Shown here in pieces: positions 53,922-61,252 of a DNA stretch of 64,000 nucleotides. The position numbers and the translations under genes were made by a program. Under the pieces are notes generated by a model. It saw nothing but the letters and a program-made list of their open reading frames with translations. It had not been told where the DNA came from and did not search any database. This DNA comes from a virus, in the IMG/VR virus record IMGVR_UViG_3300008448_000004, positions 1 to 64,000 of that record, one strand, 5' to 3'. Each line of letters begins with the position of its first letter. Position 1 is the stretch's first letter.

Positions 53922-55109
53922 TTACTGTCCTTTTATAGGGAATCTAGTCCATCCATTAATCCAAGTAGGCATAGCAATCTCCGGAATCGTTATGCTAATC
54001 TCTTTATTTCCTTGAGTTAATGCTTTTACTTTTACGTCATCTGAAGTAATAACTGAAGACTTGCTTATAAAGTTTAAACTGGGTATAAAAGATCCTACCG
54101 AGTTATCTTCGAATTTAGACGTACCATCTTTATAAAAGGTAGCAGTCTCATTTGATTCTAAACTGAATCCTCCTTTCATATAGCCGAAGAATGTTGAGTT
54201 GGTAACAGTAAATTGTGTAGCTCTTCTGAATCTTAGAGCTAGGTTATGGTTAGTCAAAGCATCAGCGACGTTAGGGCCAATTAAAACTAACCCTATCAGC
54301 TTTGGATGAGTGAATGGTTGAGCTGTAGAGCCTACACCGTCGTTATCACACTCAACTCCGTTACCGGCATCTCCGTTATCTACAAACTGCGGATCACGTT
54401 TTGCTATACTATTACTAACAGTTCCAGTATAACCGAAATCAAAATCGTAATCATCATCTGCTGTAGCAAATGCATATAAATTTTTAGGCGATACAGTACC
54501 GCCGAAGAATTCAAATGCATCGTCGTTAGCGTAAACTGTTTGCACGTATTCAATTATAGTGCCTGAACCTACGGCGCCTAAAGTAAGTGCGTTAATTTCA
54601 GAGTTAGGTAAAGCAGCAATGCCGGCATATTCGATACGAACATACTTCAGTATACCGCTATTGTCGCTATCATCGGTACCTCCGTAAGGACGTCCCACGC
54701 CTCCTTCAATAGTTGGTTCAGATGAACGATTAGTTTTAGCTTTACCCAAAATAATAATACCGCCCCAGTCACCAGGAGATCTCTCGCCGGCGATTTTACC
54801 TGAAGTGAATATGATTGGCTTTTGAGCAGTTCCTTCAGCTAGTATCTTTGCTCCTCTTTCGATACACAAAGCACCTTTTTCTGCAATATCACTTTTGATT
54901 ACAGTACCTGGTTGGATGATAAGAGTAGCACCTTCTTTAACATAAACGTACCCTTTTAATGTCCATTCCTTATCTGATGTTAAAGTTGTGGTTGTTGTAA
55001 TATTACCTGTTATAATTTTGTCTATAGGTACATTGATTGGTTCATCCACAGGACTCTTTTTACATGCAAATAGACCGATAAGTACTAACAGCGATACTAG
55101 CTTTTTCAT
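53922..55109 (-). CDS. Bacteroidota-type surface lipoprotein with parallel beta-helix repeats, partner of the TonB receptor
   Basis: Lipobox LFAC followed by KKSPVDEP; GDWGGIIILGKA, DNSGILKYVRIEYAG, NDDAFEFFGG, DDDYDFDFGY, NGVECDND, WINGWTRF. Confidence 0.85.
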   Translation of the reverse strand: MKKLVSLLVLIGLFACKKSPVDEPINVPIDKIITGNITTTTTLTSDKEWTLKGYVYVKEGATLIIQPGTVIKSDIAEKGALCIERGAKILAEGTAQKPIIFTSGKIAGERSPGDWGGIIILGKAKTNRSSEPTIEGGVGRPYGGTDDSDNSGILKYVRIEYAGIAALPNSEINALTLGAVGSGTIIEYVQTVYANDDAFEFFGGTVSPKNLYAFATADDDYDFDFGYTGTVSNSIAKRDPQFVDNGDAGNGVECDNDGVGSTAQPFTHPKLIGLVLIGPNVADALTNHNLALRFRRATQFTVTNSTFFGYMKGGFSLESNETATFYKDGTSKFEDNSVGSFIPSLNFISKSSVITSDDVKVKALTQGNKEISITIPEIAMPTWINGWTRFPIKGQ

Positions 55110-57361
55110 AAATTAAAGTTTAATGATAGTGAAATTGTTTGTTCGTTATTTGTTTTAATTAGATCACCTCTTGATTTTTGATAGTAGATAGACGGTTGGG
55201 CTAGTATATCGCTTATCGCTAACTTAATCTCACCTTTACCTGCTTTACGTAGATAAACTACATCAACCACATCTCTTGAATTTTCAAAGATGTCTGAGTA
55301 GCCTTGAAAGCCTACAGCAGATATTCTATCTCCAGTTCTATTATAGGATACATTAAAAGTATTCTTATTCTTATGTATATTGACTCCGCTATTAACTACA
55401 TAATCAGATTGACCTTGTAACCTTCTCTTAAGTCCGGTACCGGTAACCTGAGAATGTATTAGGGAACTATTCGTATAGATTTCTAACCACTTGGTAACAT
55501 TCTTTCTCACTTCTACTTCTATACCTACTGTTACTGCTTTCTTGGGATTAGAAAATGTTAATAGTAGGTTAGAAGGTACAGAACCATCTGCTACAATCTG
55601 TTCAATAGGGTTAGTGAATTGTTTACCGAATAAACTAACAGATATATTCTCTCCAGCTTTAGGATAGTATTCCCATTTCAAGTCCAAGTTATAGATGTCT
55701 GTCTTTTTAAGATTAGGATTACCGAGCAGCTGAGCATTTCTTACAAAGTCGTAGTAGGCAAAGTTAGCTACCTCTCTAAATTCAGGACGTGCTAAAGTCT
55801 TTGAAGCTGAGAAGCGATACTTCACTTTATCTAAACTATAGGATAGGTTAATAGAAGGTAGTATATCTAGGTATACTCTATTGACGTTAAGTCTCTGTCC
55901 AGAAAAGTCTGCAGTATATAAATCAAATATATTATATTCACTTCTAAGACCTCCGGATACTTTTAATTTTTTAAATTGATTATCATATTGAATGAAGCTG
56001 CTTCCTAAAAAGAAATTAGCGGTATACCTGTCTGTATTATTTGTTATTTCCTCTAATAAGTCTTCTCTCTGGTATCTAAATATTCTTGCTTTAAAAGCTC
56101 TACCTCTTTGTAGGTAGTTTGCACCTACTTTAAAGTTACTCAACTCTTTAGATAAACCTAAGTTGAAACTCTCTTCGTTCATATCAGACCAAAACCTGTA
56201 TGTATCCCTCCACGCTACAGTGTATAGATCTTCTGTACCTAAAGATCTGACTTTAGGAGTTACTCTATAATCAGGCTGATCTCTTACCATAAGATTGAAT
56301 CCTGCTTGAGCATCCCAGGACTTTATTTTTGCTTCTATCTGTGAATTTAAAAATGTCTTGATAATATTATTTGTAGAAGTAGTACTAACTTGCTGTACGT
56401 TGTCGTAGTTTAGTCCTGATCTTGTTAGGTAAGATCTATCTATCTGTCTGTTGAAATTGGTCTTGAATGTATACTTGTTCTCTCCAAGGTAGGTTAGGTT
56501 TAAGAAACTATTTAAAAGAGAGGTGTTGGTGTAGACAGTATCTTTGTACTTGTACGCTAATTCAGAGCTTGATTGGTAATCTAACCTATCAATATAATTT
56601 AAAGTATAGTTGTTTCTAAAAGACGTATTAAACAATATTCCAAGTTTACCTCTTTTATTTCCTACTGTAAAGCTGCTATTAAGGTTAGGAAAGGATGTAA
56701 ACTTCTTTACGGGTGGAGTTTTTATAAGAGACGTGTACTGCTCTTTTTGAACATTGTTAGATACTCTATAAAGGTAAGTACTAGGAAACGTGGAGGGGAA
56801 CACCGCTTGGTGTACTAATTTAAAATCTCTCGCGGTTGAAATCGTCCCCCATCCACTTCCTATTCCTGCTGAAATAAAGTTACTTGTAACCTCTTTTAGG
56901 TTAACTTGAATTATGCCACCTGCAAAATCTCCCGGTAAGTTTGGGCTTGCTGATTTTAATACAATAATATTATCTATAAGTCCTGTAGGTATGATATCAA
57001 AAGAGAAAGCTCTTCTATCAGGCTCGGTAGAAGGTAGTACCGTTCTTCCTATCATTGCAACATTATACCTATCCGATAGACCTCTGACTAGTACATATTT
57101 ATCAGACTGTATCGTTACTCCGCTAACTCTCTTAAGAGCATCACTAACAACTCTGTCAGGTGTTCTTTTTAAAGCTTCAACAGAAACTCCATCCGAGATA
57201 GAAATATTGTTCCTAACTGTTGATATAACAGCTGAAATGTTTTCTTTCTTTGCGGAAGAACGAACTACTATTTTCGAAAGAGTCTGGTTAAATAAAGTGT
57301 CTTGTGAAAAACTAACTTGTGTTATGAAGAGACAAGCAGTAAGAAAAAGCCTAGCAACCAT
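55106..57361 (-). CDS. TonB-dependent outer-membrane receptor
   Basis: Signal peptide; plug domain SDALKRVSGVTI...VLVRGLSDRYN...FSFDIIPTGLIDNIIVLKSASPNLPGDFAGG; barrel segments SASKTLARPEFRE, GNPNLKK, DLKWEYY; C-terminal ISLSLNFNL. Confidence 0.93.
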   Translation of the reverse strand: MVARLFLTACLFITQVSFSQDTLFNQTLSKIVVRSSAKKENISAVISTVRNNISISDGVSVEALKRTPDRVVSDALKRVSGVTIQSDKYVLVRGLSDRYNVAMIGRTVLPSTEPDRRAFSFDIIPTGLIDNIIVLKSASPNLPGDFAGGIIQVNLKEVTSNFISAGIGSGWGTISTARDFKLVHQAVFPSTFPSTYLYRVSNNVQKEQYTSLIKTPPVKKFTSFPNLNSSFTVGNKRGKLGILFNTSFRNNYTLNYIDRLDYQSSSELAYKYKDTVYTNTSLLNSFLNLTYLGENKYTFKTNFNRQIDRSYLTRSGLNYDNVQQVSTTSTNNIIKTFLNSQIEAKIKSWDAQAGFNLMVRDQPDYRVTPKVRSLGTEDLYTVAWRDTYRFWSDMNEESFNLGLSKELSNFKVGANYLQRGRAFKARIFRYQREDLLEEITNNTDRYTANFFLGSSFIQYDNQFKKLKVSGGLRSEYNIFDLYTADFSGQRLNVNRVYLDILPSINLSYSLDKVKYRFSASKTLARPEFREVANFAYYDFVRNAQLLGNPNLKKTDIYNLDLKWEYYPKAGENISVSLFGKQFTNPIEQIVADGSVPSNLLLTFSNPKKAVTVGIEVEVRKNVTKWLEIYTNSSLIHSQVTGTGLKRRLQGQSDYVVNSGVNIHKNKNTFNVSYNRTGDRISAVGFQGYSDIFENSRDVVDVVYLRKAGKGEIKLAISDILAQPSIYYQKSRGDLIKTNNEQTISLSLNFNL

Positions 57362-57441
57362 ATGAGAGATTAAGTTTAATTAGTACTCTCATACCTAGTT
57401 GAAAAGCTTACTCTAACCTCAATTCTAGTATTAAGTATATA

Positions 57442-57789
57442 TTAAGATTCGCTCTCAGAATCCTGATCAGCTATTTGCTGCTTACCTTTTTCGGTTAAGA
57501 ATAACCACTCTACTCCTTCAGCATCTTCAACACTATCGGCATAACCTCTATCAACGAGAGAGTTAACAATCGACTCAGCTAACGATCGCATTATTAGATC
57601 TTGAGCTTCTTCTTCTTCCCATACTAGTTCTGCTCCATTAGTCCATTTTGTAAATAAGGACTCTGCTAGAACTCTCTCCAGTATGTCTCGATTAATCTCT
57701 TCTTCTTCCTGCCAGGACTCTACAATTATGCCTGCGGCTTGTTGAGCGACTTTCTTTACCTCTTCTGGGTAATGTTCTGCTGAAATCAT
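57442..57789 (-). CDS. Acidic hypothetical protein
   Basis: Start moved to MISAEHYPEE (57789); the ORF-track start lies inside the tmRNA 3' end. Confidence 0.7.
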   Translation of the reverse strand: MISAEHYPEEVKKVAQQAAGIIVESWQEEEEINRDILERVLAESLFTKWTNGAELVWEEEEAQDLIMRSLAESIVNSLVDRGYADSVEDAEGVEWLFLTEKGKQQIADQDSESES

Positions 57790-57804
57790 AACGTATGTTT
57801 TAAA

Positions 57805-58242
57805 TGGTGGAGATGACGGGAGTCGAACCCGTGTCTCCGAAAGAGACAATAACACCAACGTTTCACATGCTTAGTACTGCTTTCGGGCCCGTATGCTAAA
57901 CTTAGGCTAGCTGGGTCTGTCTACTGCACCGTAAGGGCTGACCGGTTATGGTCGAATCCACCACCTTGTTTTAATTGACTACAAGGAAAACTACGGCTCG
58001 CAATATGCGTCCGGATGCCGTCTCTATAGCGTACGACTCGCTGTTGTGTTCTGTTCCTAGGCTCTCTACCGCCCGATGCGGACTAGGCTGCTACAGCGTA
58101 GTCGGCGCCTACGAAAGACATTAAGTCTTCGAAGGTCATAGTTGACATTTCGTCATTTGTTGTTTAGTATCTTCTAAGGCAGTATACTCAAATGCCTGCA
58201 TGTGGTATTACCTCAACATTCGGATCAATACCAAACATCCCC
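57805..58242 (-). ncRNA. ssrA: tmRNA (ssrA), one-piece, 438 nt
   Basis: 5' GGGGATG pairs with CATCTCC-A-CCA-3' and gives the G3:U70 Ala determinant. T-arm GGGTTCGACTCCC. Pseudoknot 1 is GGCA/TGCC with AGTAT/ATACT. The tag frame ends ...DYAVAA-TAG (58083-58154). Confidence 0.96.
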
Positions 58243-58260
58243 ATATTGTAAAGAACTAAA

Positions 58261-58268
58261 TATAAATA
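58261..58268 (-). promoter_or_regulatory. Putative late promoter ATATTTATA (tmRNA)
   Basis: 19 nt upstream of the tmRNA 5' G. Confidence 0.65.
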
Positions 58269-58478
58269 TCACTTGCCTCTCGATTCATTCAAACGAGCAA
58301 CTTGTTTAGCAGTCTCTGGATCTCGTATGATGTTAATCCAGGTAGTTGATTTATGGTCAGCAACTACGTGTCCGGAAAAACGAGAAGTTGTAGAATGGTT
58401 TACGCAGGTATCTTTATACCCAAGCTCTACTCGTTTAGTTGGAATAGCACTCTTACAAACTTTGCAATAATATGTCAT
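58269..58478 (-). CDS. DksA/TraR-type zinc-finger protein
   Basis: CKVCKSAIPTKRVELGYKDTCVNH matches C-x2-C-x3-IP-x2-R-x(8-9)-C-x2-C/H. Confidence 0.7.
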   Translation of the reverse strand: MTYYCKVCKSAIPTKRVELGYKDTCVNHSTTSRFSGHVVADHKSTTWINIIRDPETAKQVARLNESRGK

Positions 58479-58501
58479 AACTGTTTATTTTAATATTAAA
58501 G

Positions 58502-58537
58502 AAAAAAAAGAGCCCCGAGCCTAGACAAGCTAGGGCG
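58502..58537 (-). terminator. Terminator-like hairpin
   Basis: CCTAG-CTTGT-CTAGG inside a GC-rich stem, followed by T8. Confidence 0.6.
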
Positions 58538-58543
58538 TTTAGG

Positions 58544-58945
58544 TTATGAAAACAATTCTTTAAAGCATCTTGTTCTATCTTTTCGAGCTATGATACGGGC
58601 TTCTACTTCTAACGGATCTCCATCTTCGAAAGCCATATCCAATTTACCTTCTTTAGCCATTGCTCGTAAATGACTTCTTAACGGCTGCTGGTAGTGTACC
58701 CATTCGTGAATCATAGTATCGATGATATCCATTATCGTCTTATTCTTATCTTTGCTTACGAAGATCGTATTTTCTATCCAATCATACTCTCCGTAAATTC
58801 CTTCAGTAAGGTAGTCTTCTTTTCGATACTGCAAGTCCGGATATGGTCCGTTTATCTTGCTCCTCCCGTAATTAGATACACACCACCAATACACTTTTTC
58901 GACATCTGCTCTAGTTGGCTTGCTCTGTTTAGTTCTCTTCTTCAT
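58544..58945 (-). CDS. HExxH zinc metallopeptidase-like protein
   Basis: GEYDWIENTIFV...IIDTMIHEWVHYQQ...PLEVEAR. Confidence 0.7.
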   Translation of the reverse strand: MKKRTKQSKPTRADVEKVYWWCVSNYGRSKINGPYPDLQYRKEDYLTEGIYGEYDWIENTIFVSKDKNKTIMDIIDTMIHEWVHYQQPLRSHLRAMAKEGKLDMAFEDGDPLEVEARIIARKDRTRCFKELFS

Positions 58946-59038
58946 AGTTATACCTTTTACGTGGTTAAAGATACAACCTATTTCTTAGAGTTAAAACTAT
59001 CCTCTGCTCCTAGCAGCAATTATAAATATAGAACTGCT

Positions 59039-59458
59039 TTACTTTTCGTTGAGAACTTCTTTAAGAGGCTTAGTCCATCCACCGTACTGTGAGGTAGCAA
59101 TCCAGCCTGTTTCGGGATCGTAAAGGTAGTTGAACTCCTCGGCGATCTTGTTACTGTAAAACTCTTCCAGGGTAGTGGTCTTAGCTTCTGAGTTTTTCTC
59201 GTTTCGATCTCGTCCGTAGAAGACGCAAACATCTTCTTGAGGATCATCAAAGGTATGAGTAGCGTCTGAAGAAGCGGTGATCTTCTCGTTTAAGGAACTA
59301 AGGTCTCCTAGTTCTAAAATCTGATCGATCAATTCTGGATCGGTATAATACTCTTGTAAGAGTACTCCGTTATGTTCAGGGTATCCGTCCCAGTGACAGT
59401 ATACAGAGGTTACTGAACCATCAGAATTTAACTTGCCAATTCGTGAACGTGTTGCCAT
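59039..59458 (-). CDS. Conserved phage early protein
   Basis: MATRSRIG...SVYCHWDGYPEHNGVLL...LGDLSSL...FYGRDR...EEFNYLY. Confidence 0.75.
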   Translation of the reverse strand: MATRSRIGKLNSDGSVTSVYCHWDGYPEHNGVLLQEYYTDPELIDQILELGDLSSLNEKITASSDATHTFDDPQEDVCVFYGRDRNEKNSEAKTTTLEEFYSNKIAEEFNYLYDPETGWIATSQYGGWTKPLKEVLNEK

Positions 59459-59483
59459 GTGTTTATATATTTTTGGTTAGGAA

Positions 59484-60332
59484 TTAAGCACGGGAGTAGG
59501 TTACTTGCTCCCGTGTGATGTTGAATGCGAGTCTTTCGCCAGCAGTTCCGAGACGGTTCTTACTGAACTCCATTATGCAACGATTCTCTTCTCTATCGCG
59601 AGACATTTCGAGCATTGCGGAAGTCATATGCTTAAGACGGTTGCTTCCTAAGAAGTCTCCGTTCTTAGTTACTTGCTGAATAATCAGGAAGCAGGTATAT
59701 AGGCTAGCTTGGTTGTAGCCTTCGTTATGCTTTTCCATAAGATCTAAAATCCAGCTCTCAGCTTGAGACTTAGACATTCCGGAGTAATCCTGAACGGTAC
59801 GGCACACCTCAGCCCAAGAGTCTATGAGCACAAGATCGTAACCGTTCTGCAAGATTCGTTCGATAGCTACAACAGGATTCGTCTTAGCATAGTCGGCCAG
59901 GAATAGGATATCCAGGTCAGCGAAAGCAGGGAAACGTTTACAGTAGCGGAACATATCTATTCGGCCCATCTCTCCGGAGATGAATAGAACTTTCTTACCA
60001 GATCGCTTCGCACGATCTACAAAGTCAAGACCTACAGTCGACTTACCTACACCGGGACTACCGATAAGGATTACGTTTGTAGCGGGCATAAAGCCGCCTT
60101 CGGAGGAAATAAACTGGTCAAGATTCTTATTACCAGTTCTGATTGGAGAGAAGATTTGCTGATCAAAATTTAGATCTTTAATCCTAACGGTGTTTACATC
60201 GAAGGTACCGTAGTTAGTTTCCATTTTAGGAACTGAAGGATTGTTGCTGATTAGTCCGAGAGTCTTTGCTCGAACATAACCTACCATCTTACCCGTAGCA
60301 GGGTTCAGGAATTTTTGTTGTGTTAGATTCAT
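59484..60332 (-). CDS. RadA/Sms-like RecA-superfamily ATPase (without Zn finger and Lon domain)
   Basis: NLDQFISSEGGFMPA, GSPGVGKST Walker A, VLFISGEM, LVLIDSW Walker B, IIQQVTKNGDFLGSNRLKHM, SKNRLG. Confidence 0.85.
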   Translation of the reverse strand: MNLTQQKFLNPATGKMVGYVRAKTLGLISNNPSVPKMETNYGTFDVNTVRIKDLNFDQQIFSPIRTGNKNLDQFISSEGGFMPATNVILIGSPGVGKSTVGLDFVDRAKRSGKKVLFISGEMGRIDMFRYCKRFPAFADLDILFLADYAKTNPVVAIERILQNGYDLVLIDSWAEVCRTVQDYSGMSKSQAESWILDLMEKHNEGYNQASLYTCFLIIQQVTKNGDFLGSNRLKHMTSAMLEMSRDREENRCIMEFSKNRLGTAGERLAFNITREQVTYSRA

Positions 60333-60366
60333 AACCTATTATTGTTTTACTTTTGACTGATATAAC

Positions 60367-60397
60367 TAAAGATAGATACTTTTTTTCAGACTAGCAA
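60367..60397 (-). promoter_or_regulatory. Early promoter (RadA-like gene)
   Basis: AAGTTGCTAGTCTGAA...TATCTTTAGTTATATCAGTC; 20-nt spacer. Confidence 0.85.
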
Positions 60398-60446
60398 CTT
60401 TTTGTTGATCTTTTTTTTCTATCTTTTGCTTTCTCATTAATATACC

Positions 60447-60477
60447 GAAAGATAGGAACTATTTTTCAGACTAGCAA
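60447..60477 (-). promoter_or_regulatory. Early promoter, tandem copy 80 bp upstream of the previous one
   Basis: AAGTTGCTAGTCTGAA...TATCTTTCGGTATAT; 20-nt spacer. Confidence 0.8.
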
Positions 60478-60496
60478 CTTTTTTTCAAACAAAAAA

Positions 60497-60550
60497 TAAC
60501 CCACTGAGAATCAATGAGTTATACCTAACTACTTGAGAATCAATGAGTTA
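60497..60550. repeat. Tandem 25-bp palindrome pair (locus F)
   Basis: TAACCCACTGAGAATCAATGAGTTA, 4-nt spacer TACC, TAACTACTTGAGAATCAATGAGTTA. Confidence 0.92.
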
Positions 60551-60838
60551 TGATTTCTTAAATTTTCCCTTGGTTTGAGGGCCAAATTCTTCAACCGATA
60601 TAGGTCCGTATGGGAACTTTTTTAGGTCGTATGTCCATCGACTATCTACGTTTCCTTCTTCGTCTTTGTATAGGACTACAAACTTTGTTTCTTTCTGAAA
60701 CTTTTCTTCTTTGGCTTCTCGAGGACCTCTTCTACTAGCTAGTACCTGTTCTACTTTTTGAGATATATCTTGCTCGGGGAGAGCATTATTGGTTTTGCCG
60801 TAGAGTTGTTTTTTCTTTTCCTTACTTGCCTTTGACAT
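60548..60838 (-). CDS. Hypothetical basic protein
   Basis: 96 aa; its TAA stop is supplied by the palindrome end. Confidence 0.7.
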   Translation of the reverse strand: MSKASKEKKKQLYGKTNNALPEQDISQKVEQVLASRRGPREAKEEKFQKETKFVVLYKDEEGNVDSRWTYDLKKFPYGPISVEEFGPQTKGKFKKS

Positions 60839-61163
60839 TCTTTGCTCCCTTTACTGCTGGTTTTTTAGTGCTCTTGTTCGCCGGAGCTTTCTTTGCAGTA
60901 GATTTCTTTTCAGATTTGATAGCAGGTAATGCGCTTGCACCTGCAGTCGGAGTGACTACCGGGAAGTTAGTCATTTCAAAATCGATCTTGTCAGATTCAA
61001 CGGGGAGGATTTCTTCGGCAACAGCTTCTTTGTTTCCTGTAAACCAGCTCTTAAGTTTTTTTAAAAGGCTCATTGTGTTTTGTTTTGCGTTTTGGATTGT
61101 GAAATTGTTTATGATAAAAATACTATACTCTTCTTCGGTAAATGGTCTTTTAAGGAGTCCCAT
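60822..61163 (-). CDS. Hypothetical protein with Lys/Ala-rich (histone H1-like) tail
   Basis: C-terminal KSEKKSTAKKAPANKSTKKPAVKGAKNVKGK; TATTTATA motif at 61182; the start may instead be the internal MSLLKK. Confidence 0.65.
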   Translation of the reverse strand: MGLLKRPFTEEEYSIFIINNFTIQNAKQNTMSLLKKLKSWFTGNKEAVAEEILPVESDKIDFEMTNFPVVTPTAGASALPAIKSEKKSTAKKAPANKSTKKPAVKGAKNVKGK

Positions 61164-61181
61164 TTCTTTTATCTAGTTTGT

Positions 61182-61189
61182 TATAAATA
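61182..61189 (-). promoter_or_regulatory. Putative late promoter CTATTTATA
   Basis: 19 nt upstream of 61163. Confidence 0.6.
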
Positions 61190-61252
61190 GTTTGTTTTTT
61201 ACTACCAAGCTCTTTTAATTTAGCGAATCTACTGTCCGCTTTTAAGATCTTA

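Noticed and set aside
57805-57840. Stand-alone tRNA suggested by GGGTTCGACTCCC...CCA
   Set aside because: There is no anticodon arm. The acceptor partner lies about 430 nt upstream with a tag frame in between, so it is the tmRNA 3' end.
57790-57858. N-terminal extension of ORF 57442..57858
   Set aside because: It overlaps the tmRNA; the start at 57789 is more plausible.
59020-59250. Alternative-frame minus-strand ORF 59020..59250 and similar overlaps (42945..43247, 52131..52334, 53239..53619 extension)
   Set aside because: They overlap well-supported genes in another frame and have no recognisable motifs.
29403-60550. 25-bp palindromes as CRISPR repeats or integron attC sites
   Set aside because: They occur only in pairs with 0-4 nt (once 28 nt) between copies, not with 30-40 nt unique spacers. 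The ends do not fit RYYYAAC/GTTRRRY, and no cas or integrase gene is in the window.
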